The notes below the pieces were generated by a model. It did not search any database. It was not told the origin of the DNA and saw nothing but the letters and a program-made list of their open reading frames with translations. Positions 13,736 through 28,040 of a DNA stretch of 64,000 nucleotides are shown here, piece by piece (position 1 is the first letter of the stretch; every line of letters starts with the position of its first letter). The position numbers and the translations under genes were made by a program. Source of the DNA: Pecten maximus (taxonomy: Eukaryota); NCBI RefSeq assembly GCF_902652985.1, contig NC_047027.1, positions 13,826,001 through 13,890,000 on the forward strand, written 5' to 3'.

Positions 13736-16419
13736 ACATGATATCATTGTCTCTTCTGAATGGAACAGCCGGCTTGTATGGTTCACATTCTTGGCCATTT
13801 TAAACGACATTCTGCAAATACAAATGTATATATGACTTGACAATAGAAGCTAATTGTAGTCAATATTGATCGAAATAAAGAAAATTAAATCTAACTTTAC
13901 CGAGTTTAATAAGAGGCCCAATGAGCGTTAGTCGCTCACCCTGAATTCACTTCTTTGAGTGTTAAATAGATACATGTCCAGACGACATTAAAGTACCTGA
14001 CGTTCCATATTGTTCTCATTGAACGAGTTGTTTCACAAGCAATGTCAAACATTGGCAAACAATTACCATTGATAATCTAACCACGACTTAATAGATAAAT
14101 TGTTTTAAATTGTGTATTATGCTAGTTCTACACCCATTAACGATTACTAAAGAGTAATTCCTAAACATTTTCCTAATGAAATAATATGGCAGCATTTTCT
14201 TAATATAATAGCATGTATATGTATGATTCATGCACATTAATTGGTTAACTACCAGTACAAGAGCAAGTATCTATAGTATGCTACATTAGCATCCTCTCTA
14301 GCATCTTTGTATTGGGGGAAACCCCGTTGGCTGTGTGAGCTGTAATCTTCCATTTTTTTCATTATCCTCTAAATACTCTAAAAACAGACAAAACAATATC
14401 CGGAAAGTCGTACCAAGGGAAATAACTTCTACTGTCATATCACAGAATTGTCAATCTAGCCATTTCATTACCACAACATATGTCCATGAGAGCTTCAGTA
14501 TGTGTTAACGGATCATGGCAAGAACAAATTGTCTAAAACACTTTAAGTATTGGTGTAATTTGACCAATATGAAGTCAAATAAAATTAATATTGGATGAAG
14601 CTATTTAACACTCATGTTTAGTTGACCAAAAGCATGGTTTGTACTGGCTCTGGACCATCGAGCATGCGAAGTGCGGTATCGTTCCAGACCGATCAATCCT
14701 CAGGGAATCGATTCGCGCACTATCTAATGCTAAGGGACTTGATTACTGCTAATATCGACAGATTTGGTTTATTATTGTTTAACTTTCTGTCAACAGTTAG
14801 GGTCATTTAAGGACGGTTTACCGTGCGTTCGACTGCCAAACGTGTGGTGAATGCGTACGTGTTTTCGGATGCTGCGGTATGTTCGTGTTAAGTATCATTG
14901 TTATAGGCAGGCAATCAAAAAATATTACTTGCGAAACTGAGACTTTTCTCAATCAAATGGACGCTCACTGTGCAAATTGGTGATACCAATCGTACATACT
15001 GATAATACCGATTTTTTTGTTTTCAATTTTACTCAGTATTTAAAATATTTAATATATATACTATTTGTTTGTTTATAGCTCTGTCAGTTAATTCTGTCTG
15101 TTAAATTCCATATGTATATAACAGTGTCATTTTGGGTCATATTATGATTTAGTTGGTGGTAACCATGGTTTACACAGGTCTGGAAAACAAAACAAAAACT
15201 ACTCTTCAAAACTGTAAATCAATTGCAAATGTTCAGATTACAAATATATATACTTTTGTATTGGCAATGTGCAGGTTAAATTGGCTATGTTTACATATCT
15301 CAAACACGTGTCTTAAGGATTTGATAACGTTTTTTACTGAACATTGCTACCTAAGTACTCTGGCCAAGGTCTATCAAGCGCCTATTGATCTGTTTACATT
15401 CTGTAAGAATACTGACACACACAAGTGGGTTTTTTAAAGTTTACCTCATTTCAGTGAGTCTCCTACCTCATTTGAGGTGCACGTGGATGTTGGTCAAGAT
15501 TCAATCATCCTTAGTACTCTAGCCATGACGTTACACACGTCGTATGACCATTTTACATTCAGTTATAATTCTGACGAATGCACATCATTTTTAGTCTCGT
15601 GAGTTACCGTATTTGCGTTTTCTATTTGTGGCTGGTATCATTTTCAGTCTCACTCACACTTGTTTTCTTTCTTTATTCGTTACCCAAATACATAAATTAT
15701 AAAACAACGGTTGTTAGATCTCTCATTTAAAATTTCATTAAAAACACAGCGGCAGTAATCTCTATCCATAACTCCGAAATCTGCGCACTTTATCACCTCC
15801 GTCCCACCAATAAAAAAATAAGTGCCCAGCACAGAAATTTCGACAAAGGTATGATGCAAAACGAATATCTTACATCCTACCAACCTCATGTTGCCATGCT
15901 ATATTTCGCGGAGATCCTGGACATGCCACTTCCACCAACCGATTGTAAACTTCATTTTTTTCCGAATTCAAACCGTTTTGCTAAATTCCTAATATCACAG
16001 TGACAAAGTAAATGGAGCAAATATGTAGACAACAACTTACTAGTACATTAAAGTAACAATCGGTGAATGGTCCCTTAGCTGCAGAGACAGTCATCGATAC
16101 GATGTTTTCCTTATTTGTCTTACACGGTGTCACATATATATTTGCATTCCTTTGTTATCTCTGGGAAAAAATACGGGGGCATTTTTCTGGAACTTCGCCA
16201 ATAGTTTCCTTTGTTGCACTTATTTCATATTGATTATAATTGAAAGAACGAAACGGCCCACAGGCGGCCATCTTAGATTTTGACAATTGAAGTTTATTGA
16301 CAATATTTCTTGAAATGTATTCGACGGATATTGCTTAAACTTAACGAGTAGGTTTCCCTTTGTTCTATATGTACCCATTTCGTCTTGAGTCTGAATTCAC
16401 GTTTAGTTAAAATGTCCAA

Positions 16420-17175
16420 AGGTCAATGTTATAGGTCCAAAACTCTAAGGTCATTTATGATTTTTTTATGTCATGATTAAGCAAAATAGGTCAATAAAAA
16501 AACGGATTCATCTGACCAAAGGCTAAGATCACTGGGTCAAACGTCAGGATAATATTTTATATCGTTCATTGATGAACATGTTGCTAGACATGATTAAAGA
16601 AAACTTGATACGAATTAAGGAGTCAAACGATTTAAAGTTATTGTGTAGAGGTCAAGGTCAGTGGGTCAGGGGCAAAGGTCTTTTTTTTGTTATCGATGAT
16701 AAAAATTGAGATTATGAAGCAAAACCGGTCGGAATTAAATAATAGGGGGAGGGGGGGGGGGGTCAATTGTCTAAAAGAGATCAATGTAACTGGGTTAAAG
16801 GTAAAGGAAGTCTGGTTGAAAAGGTCGAGGACAACATGGATCCCTGAATATGATCCTAGGTCTAACGTCATTTCTGATTTTATTATGACATTATTAAGTA
16901 AATTTGGTCAATTAAAAACGCATCCATCTGACTAAAGGCTTAGGTCACTGGGTCAAAAGTCACGATCATATTGTTTATCTTACAGTGATGAACATGTTGT
17001 TAGCATTATAAAGCAGACTTCATAAGAATCAAAGAGCTAAATGTTTAGGTCATTGTGTGAAGGACAAGGTCAGTTGGTCAGGGAGTCTGTCTAAAAGATA
17101 ATAATGCCACTGGGTTAAAGGTAAAGGACGTTTGGTTGAAAACGTTAAGGACCCCTGAACATGAGCCATGGTCTC
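16420..17175. repeat. Degenerate tandem duplication, period ~416 bp
   Basis: CATCTGACCAAAGGCTAAGATCACTGGGTCAAA at ~16509 and CATCTGACTAAAGGCTTAGGTCACTGGGTCAAA at ~16925, with colinear downstream blocks. Confidence 0.75.
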
Positions 17176-20119
17176 AGTGATATTTTGGATCAAAATGAAA
17201 CAAATAAAATATAACAAATATTTTTATACAAGTATTTCCATTTCCATTCTTGTTTTATAATCACAGTGACAAAATGAATGGATTCAATATGTAAAATATG
17301 TGAATGATCTCCTTCCTGCAGAGACAATCGCTCGGACGAGGTTGTCCTTGTCCGTCTCAGAATAGGCCATACATATATAACGCATCCCTACTTATTGAAG
17401 CGGGAGGACCAGCCCCCGTGCGTCGCATGCAATACTCACCAATCACATATTAGATATGCAGCTCTGTCTATTTATTTGTGGTATTATTATTACTGCGCTG
17501 AATCATACGGTTCCGTATATGGGACACAAGTTTCAAACAATATTGACACAAAGTAGATAAAAACAAGACTTTTATACAACAATTTAATGTAAATATTCTG
17601 GGATCAATAGATGATCCTTTTACCAGTGAAGAATGTTCGCGTAATGATATCACCTATAACACAGAATGGCAATATGGAGAATAGACGTGTGGTTGTTGAC
17701 AGTGTAGGCCGACCTGAAGGAATTATATTTAATCACTATTAGGAAATATGGCCATGGAACCCCTAAGACTGACATTACTAATATGCTTAGCATTTAGCAG
17801 GAGTAGTAAATACCATTTGTATTTATTTACAAAGTCAAGGGAGACGTTAGGAAGAAAAACAAACATTTAGAAGGAAGATCCCAAAACATTACGATCATGC
17901 AATAGGGGCGAAGTGTACATTGTGTTATCTGGCAGATGCCATAATACCTTTAAATGTTGATTTGCGGTTTTTGAGCGGACTGATGGACAGCCCGTCATTT
18001 CAGGATAACATAAACCAGACTGTTTTTATAAGTGATCCAATTTTAAACAAGGCCCCGTTTAACCGCTCCCTCTGTCCGGTATTGCCCCCAGGAATACCTT
18101 TGATCAACGAGCGGTAATTCAAAATAATCTTGAAACGTTGAAGAATGGTCAGTTTTTGGTGAGATATTTGACAGCATTGAACTGTCACAAGCCTATTATC
18201 AAAATCAAAGTAAATACCATTGATATTAAATGAAGTTATCTTTTCAAAAGATTATATACAGTGTGCTCGTATGTTTTCTGATGTGTCTATACGCCACATA
18301 ATCAATATAGAATAACATCAACCAGTGTGTCATTAATGCATTTCTACAAAAATGCATAAATTGTTAATAGGGCGTTTAAAAATAAAAAAAAGATCCATTG
18401 TAACGAAATAGTATTGATCAATAAAAGTCATAACGTTTCCACCTGCAATTAGAAGTGTATTTTTTTTAAACTTCAATATTGAAATATTTACTCCATTTAA
18501 TCGCCATACCATTAGCACTAATCAATAAATATTACATTTAGAATAATTTCAGTGTTCGGGGGAACCATAACAAAGGTAAATTATCAAACTGTGTTTGTTT
18601 GTTGAATGGTATTTGGCATAAACTATTAATGGTATGCCAAAATTCAAGAGGTGCTTTAAAGTGCCACTTAATGTAAATGTCCGGTATCGTTATTAGCGAT
18701 TTTAACACGCTTGTTGTCTCTAAGGGATTAAGAACTGAAATGATACAATGTTTGATTTGGTATTGTTTATATTGTCCTATCAACAGCTAAGGCCATTTAA
18801 GGGTGGCTTCCCGTGTCTGCTACATGCATGAGGCGAGTCTGTGTTTGTATTGGAAGGTTGATGCCGACTTCATTTTGCTACTTCACCGACACATACTGAC
18901 AAAAACACTCAATAGTAAACCCAATCCGCTCACATTACCCTGACAACGGGCAAACCAGTTTTTTCACTCCAAAAATGAGTAGCAAGTACCATTGATAGAC
19001 TCTGATATGTTGCGGTCATAAGACAGTATATAAAGTCTTTTTTTTTGTCAAAAACCTCAACTAAGGCAAGTAAAAAGGATATGTTAGGAAGAGGAAACAT
19101 TTAAAAAGAAAAGATATATCCTAAATTTAGAAACTTCTTACAATCATGGAGAGTGGGATAACAGGTTCAATTCTGACATTCAACCTGCAGGGAAGCTAAA
19201 AGGATACACATGGAAACATAACGATTTTTTATTTGTTTTTCATATGCCTTTGACACTATATTTAAAATGAAATTGTACATAAGGTAGACCATAAATAAAG
19301 TAGGTATCTTTAAATAATTACTGTTTTGATAAAATCAACAAACAATGAAACAATATTTTTTTTCATTTCAACCATTGAGACACATAATATCATGTGACTT
19401 CCAAATGGACTTGAATTTCGTTTAAGTTTTACATTGTATACGTTTAACGACTTATCAAATGCTATGACTATATAAACACGATCTCCCCTGCGTGTGGTGA
19501 GCGCGTATTTAAGAAGGCTGCTTGAACACTTTCTCGTAAACCCCTTGTTCCTGGTAGGGTAAGGCACTTTTTCGGCCGGATGCCAGCAAGATAAGTCAAT
19601 TTGTAATCTGTGAAATTATTACGTAGCTGTCGTCCTTCCGTTCCTGGATTCGTTAATAACTTTATGATTTTTAGTGACACTATCGTACAATTATGTTTGT
19701 TTGATAAGGAGTATTTTGAGTTGGAAATTGGTGTCGACTCTTGGTTTCGTTAGCCTGTCGGAAGTCTGACAGTTGCTGGAAGGAATTATTCCGTGCTGGT
19801 GGCTAATGAATATTTCCGCCCCTTGATCATGGACAATCATGGTTTTCACGAACACCTATTTTAAGCTTCTTCTCAAGTTCCATCAGTAGGTATTCAGTTC
19901 TAACGTTCCTAAAATAATCCTGAGACAATCCTCACCATTTACAATATAACCAGCAATACCACCGTATACTACAATAGTACAAGAATCTTTAGATTCAGTT
20001 GATGATTAAGGCTGATTAAAATTAAGTACATGTATTACGTCTTACATTATGCTACAAGTCAAATTACAGCAAATGTTATTTTCTAGTCATAAAAAATATT
20101 TATATCTGTATCTACCAAG

Positions 20120-23100
20120 TTAATGATTACAAATATTCCCTTTTATGTTTTCCCACATCGCCAGGAGACTTCCGATGTCTAAGATTACCAAACAAATTCC
20201 AAAAATTCCAAGAACACATCCACACGTGTAACCCATGACCTTTGAGGCTACCCTATGGTCTGGAGCGGAGATGAGAGAGCGGAGGTACAAAGTTGTCTTT
20301 TTCGGATGGACGTACAACTCGTCCTTCAGCAGCTTCAACGTCTCTTCCAGATTTACAGTGTAGTTCTTAAAGCTACAACATTGGCACGATGTATTCAGTA
20401 CCAGTGGCGGGGGAGGACCTGAAAAACCAATACCTTCATTTAATGGATTCTTGAAGGGGTTTCACACTGTCAGATAGAGTAACAAAACAAAGCAAAAATG
20501 ATGGTATTGAATTTGACGGCCCATCGATGATTGGAGACATTACGGTCAAAACAAAGCCAGATAAGAAGGATGCTCACAACAAAACGAAACAAAAACAACA
20601 TTAAACTGAAACTTAAATGCGAAGTGGTACAATTCGAACAATAAGAAATTTTAGCTGATTACGATAGCATTACATTTTATGGTATAGTGATATTTAAAAT
20701 AAAATATAAGCGATGCAGATATTGTATCAATCAGTCTAGTTAAGTTTGTTTAACGTCTGTTAAACACTTGTAATCGCATATAAGAGTTTTGTAAATGTAA
20801 CATTTAACAGATTTCACGAGTCTGTTTGATATCACCAATCATCAAAGCTTTACATCAAATAGCATTGCATGATGGGATATATGTATGTCCAATGTGTTTA
20901 CTCGAAAAGAAGTTGACAAAACTGTCGAAAAAGCTTCTTCTCGACAATTTTCTCTTTTAACTCACCAGTCCAAAGTTGTGGCGAGGAAATATTTAGGATA
21001 CGAAGTGTTGCAAAGTGTGCAGAAGATATTTTTTTGTCGATCAATAGCAAACCGGATTATAAGTACAGGCATATTATTTCCCTGCTCGTCCACGGATTTC
21101 GGTTGTGGAAATAATTGAAAAGACAATTTTCAAATTGGTCCTTATTGCCGATTTTAATCGCGAATTTTATCTTCAAATCGGTTCTTATCGCTTTAATACA
21201 GTTTTCAAATACGCGTACCCAGTAACACTATTACCGGATGATTATCAATTTTGACACATTACCTACCCTCAGTGGAGCTACCGGGTAATACTGTACTTTC
21301 TCCACACTTGACGTCTGCATTTTCAGTTGTCGTTTGCTGCTTCTGAAAAACATGAAGCACATCTGTCAAATTAAATGATTATCGATGTTTAAAGTAGTTA
21401 ACAGTCTTATGTCCTATTATATAAGGTCAGTATCAAGTGACCTAATCTAATCCCCTTTTGTCTATCGCCTACATCTATAAACAGTTCACATTTTCGACTT
21501 CTTTTCAGAACCCCTGGAACTAATTTTCATGAAATTTTGCAGAAAACTCCAATGGCCAAATGTCAGTCATAAGTGTGCATTGTAATTAAGGTCCTCATCC
21601 GCAAGTGGGCTGAGGGACCATGTAAAATTGGTTCAAATTAACTGAAATTTCAAAATATTCTTTTCAAGACCCAAAGAAGTTGAAATCAAATACTCTTCAT
21701 GGGTGGGAGGGTCTTAAGGGACTTTATCAAAATTGTGAATTGCATAACCTCTCGTGTTTACCCGTGAAAAATGTTAACTTTCCTATAGTAAATCACAATC
21801 TTTGATCATCAACTGTTGAATTTAATTTGCATTAGTTCAAACATGGTTAAACTATAATGGGTGACAATTTGATGTATGCAAGGGTTGGCGCTTACTGGCC
21901 TCAGGGGCTGATGGGCGGGGCCAGAAATGGTCAAATTGACTGAATTTTTTAGAACGTAGGCGACGGTTAAACAGCATGGACTTCTTTTACATATATTAGT
22001 CAATGCCGGAGAGTAACACGAACATACAACAGCGTCCTAAACACACACATGCATCTCGAAAACGGAGTGGCTGTACTTATTTAATAATACAAAACCAACT
22101 GCCGTCATCCCTCGTCCCGTACTGAATCAGTGACATGTCTCGGCATATTGTGTTATATTCTGGTTATTGGATAAAGGGTCAAAGATCAACGTCATAAGTC
22201 ATAACAAAAAAGACATTTTACAGTTTTGGAATAAATTAATGTCATAATTCCTTACCTGTTAATATAACGTTAAACAATACTAAACCGAACCGAGTAGGTA
22301 CATTGTATATTACTAAGCCTTTGAACAGATAAACTGCATATTCACACAATAACAGGATTATGTTAAGTCCTACACCTGATTGGATATTGGTGGTCAACGG
22401 CCAGCGTGGAATTCACTGGACCACTTTTTACATTAAACAGGTTGCGAACAAGATAACGTTAAAATCCGGACAAATATAACACCACAATGTCACAGTCTAC
22501 ACCTGGGTACAATTTGGTGGTCAATGTTCCGGATTATAGATCACAGGTACTATAACGAAAAAGGGTTGTACAATCCGCCATGAAGGCTAGAACATAATTA
22601 TGTTTTTGGTTGTTGTGTATCTTTACGCGTAATCTTTCACTTTTCATCTTCAATCTAAATATTTAACTCCTAAACTGTATCGGAAGGTCTATATTTTCAT
22701 TTATATACAGAAATGTCGGTCATGAAAACGTATGCTTATTGCTGCACGTCACAGAAATCGAAGAAAAAGACCATTAAAAACCGAAACGTTTCGTTACTTT
22801 GTTTATCAATACTTACCTTATTTGTACGTTGTAAAATGGGATATCCTATTCCTCTACCTTTCATATTAATTCCATGAATATAGACTGAAACCACAAAAGG
22901 TTGCCTCATAGGGGTAATCTTGTAAATCTGATTTCTGTTCAAGTTTTCCACCAGTATTATGCATGTATTGATGTGACTGGGACACTCGACGTATTCCGAT
23001 ATGGTTTCATTTGCAGATTTTACCGTAATTCGTACATTCGTTACGATAACTAATTGAGCATTCTCCATTGCAGCTGGTACATATACCATCGGTTCTCCTT

Positions 23101-25126
23101 CAATTTCCTCAAGGGCCGGCATCGTGATCAAACATGGGCGTTGATTATCATTTGCTACGATTATATTTACGAGTATTGGTTTGTTTGAAATCAGGAAACA
23201 GGTTGAATTGCCAAATGTCAATGTTTTGAAAGAGCCAGCCTCTGGTAAATCAACATGTTCCGTTACGTTAGTTGAACACGTGTAATTCACAAAAGTATTT
23301 GGAAAACCCGACATAATTTTACATTCATATGTAAAACCTTGTGGAGCTGCAGTAACGTAGACGTTACCCCAGTTATCAATTGGAGGTAACTGTTCGGCCG
23401 CGTGGTTTCTTTTATATGCCTGACCAATGCGTTTGTTCCCATTAAATACACTCACAGTTCTAGAAGACCGTATCTCTGTTCCAGTAAAATCACTCTCCGT
23501 GTATACTTGCATTGTACTGTATTCATTTAAAACCTCTGTTATAGTACTTCCATTTGCATATGTGATACCGTTGTACTTAATTTCTGTATTGTTTGACCTT
23601 AGAATAACATGCACACATGTATTTTGATATATACCGACAACAAGGAATTCAGAATAATATTTCCCAGTGATGACAAAGTAGTGGTTGCCTTGGTAATGGG
23701 TTGGAAGAGAAAGAAAGCCTTCTATACCATTCACATGCTGACTAATTCCAAACACCAACAACTGTTGATCACAGGTAAGTTTGATCCCCTTTCGGCTTAG
23801 ATTAGAACCAACGACTTCGACATCACTTGTGAAAGTCTCAGTATGGACACCTCCACTTTGAACTGAAAAGTTTCTTGATTGTCCATCGTGGGATGAAATA
23901 GAGGCATGAACACTATCACTGTTCGAATTAAGAATAACAACATCAAATGTAACTTCATTTGTGGTATGTCGATTTTTCAAACACCCCAGCATATAGACTG
24001 TCATTTGGTTGGTGTCTCCTTTACTGCCATGTTCTACAATTACAGAGTAAACCTTTTCAATACAACAGTGTCGATTGTAAAAGAATGAAGCATTTGGTAC
24101 ATGATAATATGCAATGCTTGATTGTTTTTGTACCTTTTTAACGGTCCAGCTACAATTTTCATATATTTGATTTAGGTCAATTTTGGCTTTAGTTTATTTG
24201 ATTTAAACTTATTTGAAATACATTGTATATTGATCTTATACAAAAAGTTGCGGCGGTTGACAAAAAAACATTTAAAGATTTCAACTCCTTTAAACAATTA
24301 ATCATAAGGATAGAATGCTTGTGTTGTACATCGACTATCAGCATGACAGGCAAGGTCATACTAAAACTACGGTAAAGGGTGTGAGAACCACTTGATCAAC
24401 GAATTCATGTTATTTAAGAAATAATTAACGATGGTTCGTGTATTATTGCAGGATATGCAACGAGGACGAGGATATTTTGCAAATAAATTAATAACGAAAG
24501 CTGCAGGCCTGAGTTGTTAATTAAAATTGCAAAATATCCGAGTCCGAGTTGTATATCCTGCAACAATACACGAGTCAAAGTTGATTATTTCTATTCTACC
24601 ATGTACTGTTTAGTTCTGAGATCGACCTCTTTCTAATAGAAAAACAGCAAAGAAACCCCGAGAAAACCTTGTAATTTATTCCTTGAGAATTGCATTATTT
24701 GTTGATGAAATATACAGGCAATACAGTACTACGATCAAGAGCATCTTTCATATGGCATTGATTTTGAAAATTTAAAAAAAAAAGATAAAAAAAGGGGAAA
24801 AAAGGGGTGGCCTCCGAAGGATTCGAACTAGCGTCGTGATAAAAAATATATTGAAAGACTAACCCATTAACCCACTCGGCTATAGTAACATTTGATGAAA
24901 CGGGTGAATATTAGATATTTAAAATTGTAACAGCCGTGACTCACGACCGTGTATTATGGGCACGAGCGTGGGCTATTGGAAAATAATACATGGTTTTAAA
25001 CCAATCAAAACTGGCGTTACATAGCAAACATGGTAGAATATTGAACAAATCATTTCACGTCTTACCTGTTAAGACACTCAAGAGGAACAGTATCTTCTTT
25101 ACGTACAGAAACGCTGCAAAACTCAT
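20120..25126 (-). CDS. Single-pass membrane protein with IgGFc-binding domain, paralog B, ~550 aa
   Basis: Exons 25126-25066 (MSFAAFLYVKKILFLLSVLT), 24033-22817 (domain exon), 21342-21267 (KQQTTTENADVKCGESTVLPGSSTE) and 20418-20120 (CQCC, SAPDHRVA, TM). Same exon number and phases as paralog A. Confidence 0.88.
24414..25040. mobile_element. Hairpin-headed non-autonomous element (Crypton-like architecture) in intron 1 of paralog B
   Basis: Imperfect palindrome of ~175 bp at 24417-24591, then TATTCTACCATGT whose reverse complement ACATGGTAGAATA ends the element near 25040. The family name is inferred from architecture only. Confidence 0.65.
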
Positions 25127-25809
25127 TTTTTCCGCTATCGAATGCAGTGTACCCGACACTAATTAATTAGGTGAACGTTAGAGACACGTCCTGGTGTTCC
25201 ATGAGTGCATTTGCAGACTGATTTCTGTTCTATTAGAAACCGGTATGCCTATCCCGTGTATAATTTATATATAATCCTAAAAAATCAAAGACATACATGC
25301 TCTCTAAACGAATAGGCTTTACATTGTAGTATACAGGCAAAGCGTTCTCATCAGCTTACTTTATTTATTTAGTTAAGTGCCTGACAACACATACTGAATA
25401 TCATGACATTTTAGGCTGTTGAGTATCGGTTTTGTTCATGCTACATATGCGACATATTTCTAATCAATGGGTTATTGTTTATCGTTGTAATGTGAAGAAT
25501 GTACATTTGAGATCTCCACCACATACTCATCTATAGTATTGTTTGACATCAACAAATAAACCTAAAAAACGAACTGTGTATGAACGTTAGTTTGACATTT
25601 AGTCAAATTCAACGAATTGAGCGACACAATGCATCTTAGCCTCGTTTTATTAATTTACATGTCCGGTACCCATTATTTTATAATTTTCATAATTACAATA
25701 TTGAGCTCCAAAAATATCATTATTCTAAGCTTAATTTTTTTCTATTATAATCATATTTGAATACATTTGTCATTCACAGATCTAAGGCTCGTGATCAATA
25801 GTTGTTTGG

Positions 25810-28040
25810 AACTCCATAACAAGTATAAGCGTGTCTGTTTTGTATCCTCGTAACCAGTATCATCGTGTCTGTTTTGTACCCCCATAACTAGTATCATCGT
25901 GTCTGTTTTGAACCCCCGTAACTAGTATTTTCGTGTCTGTTTTGTACCCCCGTAACTAGTATCTTCGTGTCTGTTTTGTACCCCCGTAACTAGTATAAGC
26001 GTATCTGTTTGTACCCTCGTAACCAGTATCATCCTGTCTTATTGGTACCCCCGTAACTAGTATAAGCGTGTCTGTTTTGTACCCTCGTAACTAGTATAAG
26101 CGTGTCTGTTTTGTACCCCCGTAACTAGTATCATCGTGTCTGTTTTGTACCCCTATAACTAGTATCATCGTGTCTGTTTTGTATCCTCGTAACTAGTATC
26201 ATCCTGTCTTATTGGTACCCCCGTAACTAGTATAAGCGTGTCTGTTTTGTACCCCCGTAACTAGTATAAGCGTGTCTGTTTTGCACCCTCGTAACTAGTA
26301 TATTCGTGTCTGTGTTGTTCCCCCGTAACTAGTATAAGCGTGTCTGTTTTGTACCCTCCTAGCTAGTATAAGCGTGTCTGTTTTGTACCCTCCTAACTAG
26401 TATAAGCGTGTCTGTTTTGTACCCTCGTAACTAGTATAAGCGTATCTGTTTTGTACCCTCGTAACCAGTATCATCCTGTCTGTTTTGTACCCCCGTAACT
26501 AGTATAAGCGTGTCTGTTTTGTAGCCTCCTAACTAGTATAAGCGTGTCTGTTTTGTACCCTCCTAACTAGTATAAGCGTGTCTGTTTTGTACCCTCCTAA
26601 CTAGTATAAGCGTGTCTGTTTTGTACCCTCGTAACTAGTATAAGCGTGTCTGTTTTGTACCCTCGTAACTAGTATAAGCGTGTCTGTTTTGTACCCCCGT
26701 AAGTAGTATAAGCGTGTCTGTTTTGTACCCCCGTAACTAGTATTATCCTGTCTGTTTTGTACCCCCGTAACTAGTATTATCGTGTCTGTTTTGTACCTCC
26801 GTAACAAGTATAAGCGTGTCTGTTTTGTACCCCCATAACTAGTATTTTCGTGTCTGTTTTGTACCCTCGTAACTAGTATAAGCGTTTCTGTTTGGTTCCT
26901 TCGTAACAAGTATAGGTGTATCTGATTTGTACCCTCGTAACTAGTATCATCGTGTCAGTTTTGTACCCCCGTAGCTAGTATTATCGTGTCTGTTTTGTAC
27001 CCCCGTAACCAGCATCACGTGTCTGTTTTGTACCCCCATAACTAGTATCATCGTGTCTGTATTGTACCCCCGTAACTAGTATCTTCGTGTCTGTTTTGTA
27101 CCCCCGTAACCAGCATCACGTGTCTGTTTTGTACCCCCGTAACAAGTATCATCGTGTCTGTATTGTGCCCCCGTAACTAGTATCTTCGTGTCTGTTTTGA
27201 ACCCCCGTAACTAGTATCTTCGTGTCTGTTTTGTACCCCCGTAACTAGCATCTTCGTGTCTACTTTGAACCCCCGTAACAAGTATAAGCGTGTCTGTTTT
27301 GTATCCCCGTAACTAGTATCATCGTGTCTGTTTTGTACCCCCGTAACTAGTATTATCCTGTCTGTTTTGTACCTCCGTAACAAGTATAAGCGTGTCAGTT
27401 TTGTACCCCCATAACTAGTATTTTCGTGTCTGTTTTATACCCTCGTAACTAGTATAAGCGTTTCTGTTTGGTTCCTTCGTAACAAGTATAGGTGTATCTG
27501 ATTTGTACCCTCGTAACTAGTATCATCGTGTCAGTTTTGTACCCCCGTAGCTAGTTTTATCGTGTCTGTTTTGTACCCCCGTAACCAGCATCACGTGTCT
27601 GTTTTGTACCCCCATAACTAGTATCATCGTGTCTGTATTGTACCCCCGTAACTAGTATCTTCGTGTCTGTGTTGTACCCCCGTAACCAGCATCACGTGTC
27701 TGTTTTGTACCCCCGTAACAAGTATCATCGTGTCTGTATTGTGCCCCCGTAACTAGTATCTTCGTGTCTGTTTTGAACCCCCGTAACTAGTATCTTCGTG
27801 TCTGTTTTGTACCCCCGTAACTAGCATCTTCGTGTCTACTTTGAACCCCCGTAACAAGTATAAGCGTGTCTGTTTTGTATCCCCGTAACTAGTATCATCG
27901 TGTCTGTTTTGAACCCCCGTAACTAGTATTTTCGTGTCTGTTTTGAACCCCCGTAACTAGTATCATCGTGTCTGTTTTGTACCCCCGTAACTAGTATCTT
28001 CGTGTCTGTTTTGTACCCCCGTAACTAGTATCATCGTGAT
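25810..28040. repeat. 34-bp tandem satellite (CCCCCGTAACTAGTATAAGCGTGTCTGTTTTGTA) with a 576-bp higher-order duplication
   Basis: Unit is directly visible. The variant block AGCGTTTCTGTTTGGTTCCTTCGTAACAAGTATAGG occurs at 26881 and 27457. Confidence 0.97.

Noticed and set aside
26601-27383. Repetitive ORFs in satellites (also 5300-5665 and 62518-63223)
   Set aside because: Products of tandem repeats, with no splice or domain support.
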